Source: Utricularia gibba
Taxonomy: Eukaryota > Plantae > Magnoliophyta
Reading direction: 5' to 3'
Assembly: GCA_002189035.1 (NCBI GenBank)
Contig: NEEC01000173.1
Coordinates: forward strand, 1-35,415
Length of the DNA: 35,415 nucleotides
Shown here: positions 1 through 12,416 of the stretch, piece after piece
How positions within the stretch are numbered: the first letter of the stretch is position 1
Layout of the letters: each line of letters starts with the position of its first letter
Position numbers and translations under genes: made by a program
The notes under the pieces: model-generated
What the model was told of the DNA's origin: nothing
What the model saw: only the letters and a program-made list of their open reading frames with translations
The model's database searches: none

Positions 1-183
1 TTATAAATATATTTAAAATAAAAATAATTGCACAAATTTAATTGAAAAAAAAATAAGTAAAATGTGCAATTGATAACATCATAGTCTTTGGAAGAGAACA
101 ACAGGGGCTTGTAGCTATGTCATAAAATAAATAAAAAAGGAAAATGAAAAATATCTTATTCTTAGAGGAAGCATTGTTGCATC

Positions 184-1887
184 CTAAAAGAATTTTTTCC
201 AGATGGGATGAGTCTTCCAAAGGCGTTCCTCGACCTCTTCCACCGGCACCCCCTTGGTCTCCGGCAACAGAAACAGGGCGAAGAGGCCCATGACGACGAT
301 CCAGGCCGAGAAGAAGAAGAAGATGTTTGCTTTCATGTGGCACAGCATCGACAGGAAGGCTTGAGCTATCACGAAGGTGAAGATCATGTTGGTGCTGACT
401 GCAATCGCGAATCCCGCCGCTCGAGTCTGAATCGGATAAATTTCCGTCGGAACCAGCCACCCCATCGGCCCCCACGACCAGGCGAAGGACATCACGAATG
501 TGCAGACGAAGAGCACCACTACGGCCGCCAATGCTTTTGGTAAACCCCCGGTTGAACCCAGGTGAGTTGACAGTACGGACCCGACGATGACCTGCATGTA
601 ATAACACGCCAATCTCTGATTCTACATTCTACTTCTGGTCTGGGTGTGATAGTGTAGGATAATATGATGAACGAACCTGAGAGATGAGCATCTGGACGCA
701 TGCTTGGAGGAGGAGATTTCTCCGGCCAACTTTGTCGACGACGAAGATGGAGACGAATGTGGAGCACACGTTGACAGCTCCGATGATAAGTGAAGACGCC
801 AAGGAGGCATCGGATTTGAAACCCAGTGTCTGAAACAGGACTGGAGCGTAGAACATTATCGCATTGATCCCTGTAAACTGCTGGAAGATCTGAATCGAAT
901 TTCCGACGACCAATGCCGGAATCCCGGATTTGGCGAAGACTTTCTTCCACGGATGTGTCGTCTTTTTGGATTCTTCGCATCCGGTGACAATCTGGGCGAA
1001 TTCGAGGTCGACATTTTCAACTCCCCGGATTCTCTTCAACGCCGCCAATCCCTCTTCCACGCGTCCTCTCTGGACGAGGCTCGGAGGAGTCTCGGTTATG
1101 AACAGGGATCCGATGAAGAGAACGACGCCGGGAACCACCGCCAGGCCGAGGGATATCCGCCAACCGTGAGGGTGAACGAAGGAGGTGCCATAGTTTACGA
1201 TGTTGGCTATGAAGATCCCGATGGTGACGAACAGCTGAAACAGAATGTTCACTGCACCTCTGTGTCGCACAGGTGCAACTTCCGACAAGAACAACGGCAC
1301 CGCCTGCGGCCACAACAAACACAAATATTTCTTACACTGGATCTCCATGCATAGCAATCAAACCTAATTCACAAAAACAGATTAACCACGCACCTCATTA
1401 CCACATCCCACGCCGATTCCGAACAGAATCTCCCGAGAATGAGAACCCACTTGACAGGCGCAGAGGCACACAGAATGGCGCCACAGATGAAGAACAGGGA
1501 GGCTGTTAAAATCGTCAGGCGGCGACCAAATACAGAGCAGAGCTTAGAGGCGAAGAAACTGGCAACGAGGGCCGCCAAGTAAAGCGAGGAAGTGAAGAGC
1601 TGCAGCATCTGATCATCATATTTGCAGTAATTATCCTCATGCGCTCGTAGTTTCCTCTCATAGACATGATGGAAGAATTTTTTCAAAAAATCATCCATCC
1701 CCGTCACACCACCTTCACCACAAACCAAAAACATCATAGCAGGAAATCAAAACAAGGAAGCAGATGGGTAAACCCTACCAGAGATCCCGATATCATAACC
1801 AAACATTAGACCACCAAACGCAGCCAGTATCCAACAGGCCCAGACGTACAACGTCATCTTCGACTGGAACTCTTCCGCATTCGCCAT
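184..1887 (-). CDS. STP8: Sugar transport protein (MFS hexose/H+ symporter, STP6/STP8 clade), 4 exons, about 487 aa after correcting one 1-nt deletion near 1429
   Basis: Exons 1887-1779, 1712-1394, 1303-677 and 591-184 with GT-AG introns of 66, 90 and 85 nt. Motifs FGYDIGISGGVT, AVPLFLSEVAP, FQQFTGINAIMFYAP, SWGPMGWL and PETKG. Exon 2 is 319 nt and needs 320; one added base restores GRILFGIGVGCGNE. STP8 versus STP6 is not resolvable here. Confidence 0.92.
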
Positions 1888-1935
1888 CGGCTCTCTTCTT
1901 CTGATTCTTGAACTGGGGTTGACGATGAATCCGAG

Positions 1936-1943
1936 TTTATATA
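1936..1943 (-). promoter_or_regulatory. TATA box of the STP gene
   Basis: TATATAAA on the - strand about 50 nt upstream of the ATG at 1887. Confidence 0.6.
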
Positions 1944-2399
1944 CTTAATGACGCAGATGTAGCCGCACTATCTTCCTTGTTTTTGGTAACTTCGTTAGAG
2001 TCTTCCTATTTTTTAGGTCAGTTGGATTGCCTCCTCGAATTCCGGGCACGTGTTAATTTAATTGCAATCCGAATCCATATTCCATGACTGATAATATCCA
2101 CTTCTGTAATCTGTATTTATCCGTAATAAAATCATTTATTTTTTTAATCCCTTGCCAGAAATAAATCTAGAAAGCCAATTTGCGAATATAATATTTGATT
2201 GGAAAATCACAATATCCCAATGTTTTAAAAATGGGTTAAACCCATTGAACGGTTTTGTTATGGTCTTGGGTCGAACACTTTTTAAAATGAATTGAACTGA
2301 TTTCATTAAATTTTAATTATATTTATTAAAATATTAAAATATAATTATAAAATCATACTTTAATGTATCAAAATATTGAAAATATAGAAAATTAAATAA

Positions 2400-2403
<4 letters not shown>

Positions 2404-2434
<31 letters not shown>

Positions 2435-2595
2435 GCAATTGATACTATTACATTAAATCATTCTAATTGTTCAATATCTCATTCAAATAATATATAATCT
2501 AACTATAGATAAATATTTTTGACTATCAATATTAATACATATATAAAAATATAATTATTAAGATATAATCAATATATATATATATATATATATAT
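2404..2595. repeat. Two (AT)n microsatellites (2404-2431 and 2572-2595) in an AT-rich spacer
   Basis: (AT)14 and (AT)12 read directly from the sequence. Confidence 0.9.
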
Positions 2596-3390
2596 CAAAT
2601 ATTTATATATCTTATATTTGCTATTCATTATTTCTCTAAATTACACATTAAAAAAAATTTTAAAAAAAGAAAATGAAAGTAAAAAAAATTGAATTAGATC
2701 CAATCCATTAAAATACGGGTTAGTACTAACGGGATGTAACCATGAGTCGAGCCCATTATTTTAAAACTGTGCAATATCCCTTAAAGATGCTTCACAAAAT
2801 TCGATTCTAGGAATAAAATATCAATGTAGATTTTTCTCCTCGAATCTCTCAACCAGCAAATGAGAGGGAGCCGTGGCCGAGGGACGCCGGGGCAGTGTCG
2901 TCGCCGGAGCCGACGATAGAATGCCGTTTTCCTATGAACCTTCCGATCGGATTGGCCATGCTTTAACCAGCAGGAGCCGGAAGAGGAGCGGTAATCAGCG
3001 TGATTTACTTGCAGCACGTCGGGAACGAAGGCCTCAGCCCTCCATTTGCAGTGCCAAAAGTTGGAAAAGGTTTGTGCTTTTGTAATGTGACAGACTGAAT
3101 CTGGTTCCATTTCGAAGGTCTGACCCAAGGAGTCTCTGTAATGGACGCTTCGGTTGATACCCCCAGCCCACAGAATCTCCCACCATTTCACCAGCCGCAG
3201 TGCAAACCAGTCGCTTCCAGAGAAACCAATCTCGAACAAAACGAAGCCTCAGGAAACCCTGATTCACCAATCAGACGCAGCAATGCGAGTGATCCCTGCC
3301 TGCTTACTTGCTTGCTTTGAAGGGAAGAATGCGATGATGATGATGCCTCATCTCCTCTTGCTAAAGATGCAGCCTGCGTCCCCTACAAGC

Positions 3391-3564
3391 AACCACCACG
3401 TGGTGGTTTTCACATCTTATTATGAAACCTTCACTAAATTCTTCTCCTCGGATGAACAATGTGCCGCGTGTGGTCCAAATTGGCTGCGCCACGTGGACCT
3501 CCTTTTCCACGTGACTCTGACCGGCTTCGGGCAACCCAACCGGAGTCTTCCACTTCGCCACGTC
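3391..3564. promoter_or_regulatory. G-box/ABRE cluster between the divergent STP and LOX genes
   Basis: CACGTG inside the perfect palindrome AACCACCACGTGGTGGTT (3391-3408), again at 3490 and 3508; GCCACGTC (reverse ABRE) at 3557-3564. A further CACGTG lies at 4197. Confidence 0.5.
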
Positions 3565-4613
3565 TTACTTATTTCGTAATTATCATGTTCTAAAATTAAA
3601 AGACGTACCCCATTTATATACATTATGATTTAAACACGAGACAATACCGTTGTCATAAGTAGATAAGGGGAAAAAGATCGCACACCCTACATTTCCTATC
3701 CTTCTTTAAATCATTATAATTATTGAAAAAACTAATCATTTCGTGTGTAGGAGATGACTTTGCACACGTCATAATTCAATTTTTTTTTAAAGAAAGTCTT
3801 ACCATAGACGTGGATAAGCATTGATTCGCGCGTACAGCGTCTTTCTTCGACCAATTTCAATTCATTTTTTTTATTTCCCACGCCTGATAAAGAATATTAA
3901 ACCCCCCCCCCCCCCCCCCCAATTTTTATAAAAAAAAATCTAAAATTGAAAATCTTATATGTAGATAACTATCTTTTTATTTTTTAATATTAAATATCTT
4001 ATAATAAATTTAATATATTCGATGAAATACATTCTAAAATCGAAACAATAGGTTATAACCGTTTCTAAAAGGTAACGTGTACAATCAGATCTGTAGAACA
4101 TTATCCATTGGTGCAGCAACGTGGTCCGAATCTCGTACAACGTTGCATAGGTTACTTCGTGTTTCCGTACGACGCACTTTATTCACTAGGAGGCCCCACG
4201 TGGTTAATTATGATTGGTACATATTAAATAAAATGCTCATGGGAAAGTAATTGTATTTAAAATAATTAAAAATGATTTGTATCATTTGGGTCCTATGAGT
4301 TTAACTGAATAAAAAAATATTTTTTATTTTGAGATATTTCGTATTGGTGGGGCCGGAGGTGTCCAAGGTCGAAGCTACAACGATCATGGCATGCATTGAA
4401 TGCGGAGAAATGTCGATGCTTGGAATTCCTTTTTAATGTATTTATGTAATAAAAACCGTATCCTTCTTTTTCTTTTTCTTTTTTTTTAAATGTGAAATAT
4501 TTCAGTTGAATTCAACTAGTCAATGAGATGAGAAGTTGGAAGCCTTGAAATTTCCCTGGTTGCGCGTGGAGAAAGACGGCATGTGTTCGTTCTGGGTATG
4601 CGCTCATGGATTC

Positions 4614-4621
4614 TATATAAA
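4614..4621 (+). promoter_or_regulatory. TATA box of the LOX gene
   Basis: TATATAAA about 95 nt upstream of the ATG at 4711. Confidence 0.6.
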
Positions 4622-4710
4622 CCCCTCTTTTAGTTCCCTTGTTCCAACACCTACATCCAGCAAGTTTAGTTCTTTCTTTTAAACGCCAATAATTTTCAGA
4701 TTTTTTCGTG

Positions 4711-7700
4711 ATGGGCAGCCGCCAAACAAGCAATTGCTTCGTGGATGTGCTTGACAAAGTTATGGGAAGTGTGTGCGGGAAGACGAAGGATGAGCCCGTG
4801 CTTCAGCAGTGCAAGCAGAAGATCCAGGGCAGGGTTGTGTTGACCAAGAAGAATGTGCTGGATGTTACTGATCTCGGCGCCTCTGTTCTTGATCGAGTTC
4901 ATGAGGTTTTTGGGAAAGATATTAGCTTCAGGTTTATCAGTTCAACACAGTGTGACCCTGGTGAGTTTCTTCTTTATTAGGTTTTCTTTTTTTTTTATTT
5001 GTGGGTGTGTGTTATGGAGGAAAAAAATGGAGGGTTTCTTTGTGTTTCTAGATTGGCTGTTCTTGAATCGTAAAGTTTTGCCTGTGGATTTGCAGAGAAT
5101 GGGAATAAAGGGAAGCTGGGAAAAGAAGCACGTTTGGTAGACTGGTTTTCAAAGTTAACTTCACTTGGAGCAGAAGATTCTGCTACCTTCGACTTGGAAA
5201 TTGATTGGGAGGAATGTCTGGGAGTCCCTGGAGCTTTTATCGTTAAAAACCATCATTTTAGCCAGTTTTACCTCAAGACAGTCACTCTGGAAAATGTTCC
5301 TGGGCAAGGCCAAGTCCATTTTGATTGCAACTCCTGGGTATACCCAGCACACCGTTATAGCTACGATCGCATTTTCTTTTCGAATCAGGTACTTTACTGA
5401 AGGGATACAAGTGGTTTATCCTTATCGTTCTTGATTTGAGACCTGAAATTTTGCTTGACTTTCAGACATACTTGCCGTGTGAGACGCCGGAGCCTCTGAG
5501 ATTGTACAGAGAGCAAGAGCTGATCAATCTGCGTGGAAATGGGAAAGGCGCTCTGAAGGAATGGGATAGAGTGTATGACTACGCTTACTACAATGATCTG
5601 GGGATGCCTGAAAGGGGAGAGGATTTTGCTCGTCCAGTTCTCGGAGGAACGGAACAATATCCATATCCACGGAGGGGAAGAACCGGCCGTCGTCCCAACA
5701 AACGGGGTAAGGGAACAAACTAAAAGCTATCACAGATGATTTACATACAGTTTGCTATAGTTTCACTAAGCTGTTGGAGCTGAAATGCAGATCCAAAGAC
5801 AGAGAGCAGGCTGCCTCTTCTGAGCTTAGACATTTATGTACCACGAGATGAGAGGTTTTCAAGTGTCAAGTTTTCAGATTTCATAGCATATGCTCTGAAA
5901 TCCATTGGACAAGTTATCGGGCCAGAGATCAGAGACTTGTTCGACAAGACGAGGAACGAGTTTGACACATTCGAAGACGCTCTCAGGTTATATGATAACA
6001 GCAAGGAGGTGGACCTTCCTGATGCCTGTGCTCTGCTGAAGCGCCGGCAAAGTGTTTCAATGGAACTGATCAGAGAGCTGATTCGCTCAGATGGTGAACG
6101 CTCCTTTAAATTCCCAATGCCTGAAGTAATTCAAGGTAAAGGATCACTTTGTGTTTGTTCAAGTTTTGCATCCAGACTGAAACGCTTGTGTGTTTTACAG
6201 AGGATAAAACAGCTTGGAGAACTGATGAGGAATTCGGAAGAGAAATGCTCGCCGGAGTGAACCCTGTCATCATTCGCCGCCTAGAGGAGTTTCCCCCAAG
6301 GAGCAATCTCGACCGCCAAGTGTATGGTAATCAAGACAGTACCATCACAGAGAAACACATTGAGAAGTTCATGAATGGGCTTACAGTTGATGAGGTAAAG
6401 CTCTTTCCTTTTATCCCTGTCTCTCTTTTGTAGATTTCAGTTCTTTGAATGTTCTTCTTCATTGGACTTGAAAACAGGCTATCAACTGTGGGAAACTCTA
6501 CGTGTTAGATCATCATGATGCACTGATGTTGTACCTCAGAAGAATCAACACAACTAATACAAAGACATATGCTACAAGAACTGTGCTGCTGCTCCAGGAT
6601 GATGGTACTTTGAAGCCACTAGCTATCGAGTTAAGTTTGCCACATGAAGAAGGGGACCAATACGGAGCAATCAGTGAAGTGTTTACTCCATGTGATGAGG
6701 GAGTTGAAGCTGCAGTTTGGCAACTTGCAAAAGCTTATGCTGCTGTGAATGATTCTGGGTACCATCAACTCATCAGCCACTTCGTGAACACCCATGCTGT
6801 CATTGAGCCATTCCTGATCGCAACACATAGGCAACTGAGCGTGGTGCATCCCATACACAAGCTTCTTCATCCCCACTTCCGCGACACCATGTACATAAAT
6901 GCCTTGGCTCGCCAGATTCTCATAAACGCGGGAGGTGTACTGGAGAACACTGTTTTCCCTGGGAAGTACGCGATGGAAATGTCTTCTGCAGTTTATAAAA
7001 GCTGGAACTTCAACGATCAGGCACTTCCGCAAGATCTCATCAAAAGGTCAGTGATTTCACAACTTTGAATTCATTGCACAAAAGCTCACTTGTCTGATAA
7101 TGTATTTGCTGCCAACCGCAGAGGGATGGCTGTTAAAGCTGAAAACAAGCCCCATGGTCTTCAGCTCATGATCGAGGACTACCCATATGCTGTGGATGGA
7201 CTAGAAATATGGTCAGCAATTGAATCATGGGTTAAAGAATATTGCTGCATCTTCTACCCAACAGATGAAAAGGTCGCAGCTGACTCCGAGCTCCAAGCTT
7301 GGTGGAAGGAGGTTCGTGAAGTAGGCCATGGTGATCTCAAGGACCAGACATGGTGGCCAAAAATGCACACCAGAGAGGAGCTAGTGCAGTCATGCACCAT
7401 CATCATATGGATAGCCTCAGCACTCCATGCTGCTGTAAACTTTGGACAATATCCCTATGCAGGATATCTACCTAACAGGCCAACGGTGAGCCGGAGATTC
7501 ATGCCGAAGAAGGGAACTCCTGAGTACGCAGAACTTGAGCAAAATCCTGACGCAGCATTCTTCAAGACAATAACAGCACAGTTTCAGACACTTCTTGGAG
7601 TTTCTTTGATCGAAATCTTGTCAAGGCACTCGGCAGATGAGATCTATTTGGGACAGAGAGACAGTGCTCAATGGACTGACGACAGAAGGTCATTGCAGGC

Positions 7701-7890
7701 ATTTGAGAGGTTTTCATCCGTTCTGGTGGAGATTGAAGAAAGGATCCTGCAAAGGAACAAGGATTCCAGTCTTAAGAACCGTTCTGGGCCAGTGAAGGTG
7801 GATTACATGCTGCTGTTTCCCAACGCCTCTGGGACCAGTCAAGGCGGAGGTTTGATCACCAAAGGAATACCAAACAGCATTTCCATCTGA
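4711..7890 (+). CDS. LOX5: Linoleate 9S-lipoxygenase, LOX5-type, 7 exons, 886 aa, intact
   Basis: Exons 4711-4960, 5096-5388, 5466-5706, 5791-6135, 6201-6394, 6478-7046 and 7122-7890 sum to 2661 nt with consistent phases. PLAT-domain N-terminus, [15 protein letters not shown], iron ligands in [11 protein letters not shown] and SALHAAVN, C-terminal [10 protein letters not shown] specificity motif (ENTVFPG) indicates 9-LOX. No plastid transit peptide. Confidence 0.95.
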
Positions 7891-8297
7891 GATTTCAATC
7901 AGATCCTTTCCCCCCTTTCGTCTTTTGCTTCTGTGTCATGTCTGTGATTGCAGTTCCAACTCTGTTGTTTGATTAATTCTTTTTGTTGTCATCATATTGC
8001 CTAATGTTTGCGATTGTACCTATGAATTTGATGCTGCAACAACATTTATAAGGATCTTGGTTTCATGTAAAAAGTGCACTCAAACCATTGGCGGTTATAT
8101 CAGTCTTCAAACAACGCATTTCAAGATACGAAAAACTTGACAAATGGCCATAGAAATGGCCAAGACAAAGATGAAGGAAGGCTCTTAGTGTCACCTTGGC
8201 TTTCTCACAAGCATTTCAGTCATCTGTCTGTATACATAAACTGAATATAGAATGACAAATCAACAATCATAACAGGCTTGTCCTCAATCCAAAACAT

Positions 8298-9209
8298 CTA
8301 TTCTAACTTCCAAGCATACAAGATCAAGGAGAACCCCAAACCTGAGAGTTTAGATTCCCCAATGGTCTGAGAGCAGCTCCATGACAATGCCGCCGATGAG
8401 GCATCATCAATCGGTTGACTGTTCCACATCTTGTGTGCAGACAAACTCGTATGAAAAAGAAAAACAGCATTTCCTAAACCAGGTCCAAATAACCAGTTGT
8501 GAACATCCCAGAACACTTCAACAGGGAGCCCATCGATGTTGATAGGGCAGTTGCCACGAAACTTCCAGTGTAGATGATCGATCTGGATGACCGTTTTCGC
8601 ATCTATTCGAATGGAAAGGTTGGGGTGTCGGCTTGTGGTTGTGTCACACTCGATTCTCAGATCATGGTACTCCCCATTTTCACAAAACTGAGCCTTGGTG
8701 GAGTATACCTTTTTACCAGAAATATGTTCCTTCTTCGAAATGAATTGGGTGTCGGGGAGCAAGGAAAGAGCACCTGTTTTCTTGAATGCTTCTCTCCTCA
8801 GATTCCCTACAAGCAAAACCATCTCTTGCTTAGAGACAACTGCTATGTAATAGCCTTCCAGTGGCTCTGGTCCGGATCCGAATTTGGCACCAGAAAGATC
8901 CCAAAAGATTTCAACCTTCGTTGAACTAACTTCCAAGAACTTTGACCCCTTCCGTTTGGAGAACAACGAAGGCTTTACATCAACTCTGAAAATACAACGA
9001 TGCGAGGAATCTTGAATTTCAACACTAACACATTGACCCATCAAGTTTCTACTCCATATAACGCTGATTAAGCAAGATTTGGCAAGCAGTTTGCACCTAA
9101 ACACACAGGTAACTGAATTCTGAGAGGACTTAGTCGCCCCAACAGTTGAACAAGACGTATCAGACACCTGAACCCCGTTCTCACCAAAGCACGAAGGGAA
9201 ATCCCTCAT
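8298..9209 (-). CDS. Plant DUF868 family protein, single exon, 303 aa
   Basis: N-terminus MRDFPSCFGENGVQV and motifs IFWDLSGAKFGSGPEP, HLHWKFRGN, VEVFWDVHNWLF and GFSLILYAWK, which are characteristic of DUF868. Confidence 0.9.
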   Translation of the reverse strand: MRDFPSCFGENGVQVSDTSCSTVGATKSSQNSVTCVFRCKLLAKSCLISVIWSRNLMGQCVSVEIQDSSHRCIFRVDVKPSLFSKRKGSKFLEVSSTKVEIFWDLSGAKFGSGPEPLEGYYIAVVSKQEMVLLVGNLRREAFKKTGALSLLPDTQFISKKEHISGKKVYSTKAQFCENGEYHDLRIECDTTTSRHPNLSIRIDAKTVIQIDHLHWKFRGNCPINIDGLPVEVFWDVHNWLFGPGLGNAVFLFHTSLSAHKMWNSQPIDDASSAALSWSCSQTIGESKLSGLGFSLILYAWKLE

Positions 9210-10026
9210 CTTTCAACACCCCCAGATCCTCAAAACTTGCAAAAATGAAAAATCTGAAACTAAAACTCCAAGAAACGTGATTTTCCAATCCGAAAATCGA
9301 TTTCCGCCACAACTACCCACTACCCAATCCGAAAATTGAGTCCCGAAGCAACAGCCCGTGAGGTGGGGAGTGGGTGCCGTAAATTTCAGTCAAGCAGAAG
9401 AAGAATATGAAAATAAAAAAATGACAGACAAGTGATTTCTTTGTTTATTACAAAGACCCCGACAAGAGACTGGCGTTTGAATTATCACTATCAGCTTTGC
9501 TTCGTCAACAGAGAAAGAAAAAAGAAAGCAATCGTCACATGCTTTAACTCCAACTCCAAAGCTTCTCCCTGCTACGGTTTCCATCTCGGAGCCCTTTGAT
9601 TCTGTACCATTATTGCCTTTGCTTCTTCTTTTTACTACTCTTCTGTCTCCTCCAAACCAAAAAAAAAAAAAACTCCTCAGTATTTACCCAACCTTTAAGG
9701 TTATTTTTTTAACTTTTTTACCGCGATTTTAGGTTATTCATTTTTTAAAAAATAAATAAAAAGATGTGGATCTGGCCAATTATAGTACTGATAATAATAA
9801 TAAAGTTCGATATAATATGGGATGTGGGCCCGGGTGGGTTGTTGCTGGAGATCATTTATTCCAAATCATGTTGGGAACTGTAAGTGCATTTAACTCCAAT
9901 TATGGAGAATAAAATTTAATGAACAGAAAAACATAACAAAAATGGGTTAATTAATTTTAAATAAAATTGTTAATTAATTTAATATCGGGGGCCCAAATAC
10001 ATGCCCTAGATATATGGGCGGGCAGT

Positions 10027-11817
10027 TCATTGGATCTTGGATCGGTACCACGTCTCGTCGTACGGCCTCCGGTGGAACTTCAGGTAGGGACGGAACAGTT
10101 CTCGGTTTCCTTCGCCACGGCGGAGCAGCGTCGCCGCCGGCGACTGTAGGAATCCCGGCAGCGGTGTCCACGCCTTGGGGGTCGCCTTTCCAGCGGCCGC
10201 GTGGGGACTCCGGGTCCTGATGACGTCCCTGCCACCTCCGGGAGATGCGAAAGAAAGCGACCTGGGGTTGAGATTCGGACCCGCGGATTTCGCGTCGGTG
10301 AAAGACAAGCACCACGGCTTCAAGGTGTCCAAATGAGGGGACACGGTGACCGAAAACCTTGACGATTTGGACACCGTCGCCGCCCTGAAAGAGGATCCCA
10401 GTCCCGGATCCTCCTCCTCCTCCTGGTAGTCCTCCGGCCACACCAAATGGGTGTCCCTGGAAAGCTCTAGAAACGGCCTCATTCCCTAAGAACATTCGAA
10501 GAAGATTAGAATTCGTTCTGAATCACCAGATTCACCTCAACTCATCATCACCTCACTACCTTCCAAAGGAAAGGAAACAAGGAGGGAGGGTCGATGACAA
10601 AGGCTTTGTGAAGCCGACAAGGGTAGTAATCGGCAACCATTTTTAGTGTCGGTACCAACACCACATTCATGAAAGCTGATCCTGATCTGAAAAAGCCTGC
10701 AAATACTTCATCATCCACTTCAAATTCCTTCTGGTAAATCATCATAATCTTATGCGGTTTCTGCGCATGCTTCACACATATGTTGAAAGAAAGGTTGCTG
10801 TGCAGCCTTACTTTGAGAACTGTCCATCCTACTTTTCTATGCTTACACATTCAAAATGTCCGTCAGACACACACTGACTGGACTAAAAACACCTATGGAT
10901 GAAGAATACAAGAGTAACTAAAGAGTGTGATCTTACTGGCGTCGAATAGGAGGACGAATTGATCGACGTTTTTGGGCATTGTTCGAACCGCCGCTTCAAG
11001 AGTAAACACCACTAGTCTGGTCACCCTGAGACATGATTGTTTTTCCATGATGAATATGTAAGGATTTGAAGTGTATAGCATAATGTTTTGTACTTACTTT
11101 GATTTGGGGTAGTCTTGTTTGATTTTCAATATCTAGCAGGAGAGGTAGCAAAACACAGTTTGAAAATCAACAAAGATAAAGAAAGACAGGGAGGGTAGTG
11201 ACATTACATGAGTTAGTTTACTTACAACTACAGGTCTGGAGTCAGCGTCATGCCCAGCAACATAAGCAACTCCATCAACGACCTCTCCCAAGAATTGATT
11301 CACCATCAAACTGTCTACGAAATTGCACAACACCCCACATTGAAAGTCAACATCTTTAGTTACTTTTAAGACGAAAGCTCCATCTTTCTGTTGAAAGCTT
11401 ATTGAAAAAAAAATAAGATTCCAGAACGCGATGATGATGCAGAAAGTGACAAGGAAAGGGAAATGAGAAGTCTTCCAAAAAGCCCCGAAAGGAGGAGGAA
11501 AAAGAGGTAGCACTTTGAGAGAAAAAAAACAAAGGAACAATGTTTTACCAGCTGAAATGGAGTCTCTCCATTGAAGACAGTTTCTGAGTTGCTTGGCTGC
11601 TTTTTTGACGTTGTATCCTTTCAGCGTGAGAAACCTCTGGATGCAAGCATTGTTGCAAAACTTCTCCTGGTGCAGAGGAATTCAAAGAGTGAGCTCTTAC
11701 AGTGAAAGTGGAAGCAGTAGGAAAACAAACTTGTTTGAGGGTGAGGGGAAATTGGCTCTTGAGAAGGCGGAGAACAGAGAAAACTTTGCTTTCGTCCTGT
11801 GCTTTATCATTTCCCAT
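10027..11817 (-). CDS. Sec14p-like/CRAL-TRIO lipid-binding protein (At3g22410/At1g05370-type), 7 exons, about 337 aa
   Basis: Exons 11817-11731, 11666-11549, 11314-11226, 11132-11098, 11025-10937, 10696-10560 and 10485-10027; all GT-AG with consistent phases. Motifs [44 protein letters not shown] and [12 protein letters not shown]. Confidence 0.85.
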
Positions 11818-12131
11818 CGGATGAAAATGAAGTGGCTCTTGAGAAGGAATCTAGAGACAGACAGAGAGAGCAGTTTCCCTCGAGAAAACAGAGCGTGCCC
11901 GCCTCTCTTCTTCAAGCCATTTCAACTGTCTCTGATACCCTGTTTATACACGTCGGCAGTAGCACTTATTTCATTCGTTTTAAACCTTCTGGCGGGCACC
12001 CCAAGTGGACCTAGAGTTGGACCTGGTTGGCCGAGGATTCCAGTTTTAAATAGGCCCAAAAAAAGGCTCAACGTCAAGATTGACACACTGTGCTCTATTC
12101 TCATAAGTTGGGAGATTCAAGGTGTTGAAAT

Positions 12132-12416
12132 TAAGAATATATGATAAATTGTACAGGCATACGTGAATTCAAATTATATAAGAAATATAGATGATATCAA
12201 AAAAGATTAAGTTCAATTAATTTCTAATGATATACAATATTATACTTAATATACATCAATCACAAATAATCCATAACTCTCATTATATAATCTCTTGTAC
12301 CAAACATGCCCTAAGAATATGATAAATCGTACGAGTACATGTGAAGTCTAGTTATATAAAAAATGCAGATCATATCAGAAAAGATTAGTTTTAATCAATT
12401 TCTAATGATATACAAT
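12132..12416. repeat. Degenerate direct repeat of about 105 bp (12132-12238 and 12312-12416)
   Basis: Both copies run TAAGAATAT..GATAAAT.GTAC...GTGAA...TTATATAA...GATTA...TTTCTAATGATATACAAT with scattered mismatches, at a period of about 180 bp. Confidence 0.7.

Noticed and set aside
2230-2740. Possible Helitron or MITE remnant (near-palindrome at 2230-2246, AT-rich body, ACGGGTTAGTACTAA at about 2715)
   Set aside because: No complete 3' hairpin plus CTRR end, no terminal inverted repeats and no target-site duplication could be defined.
3902-3920. C19 homopolymer (and C17 at 14590-14606) as structural elements
   Set aside because: Homopolymer lengths are unreliable in this assembly and no function can be inferred.
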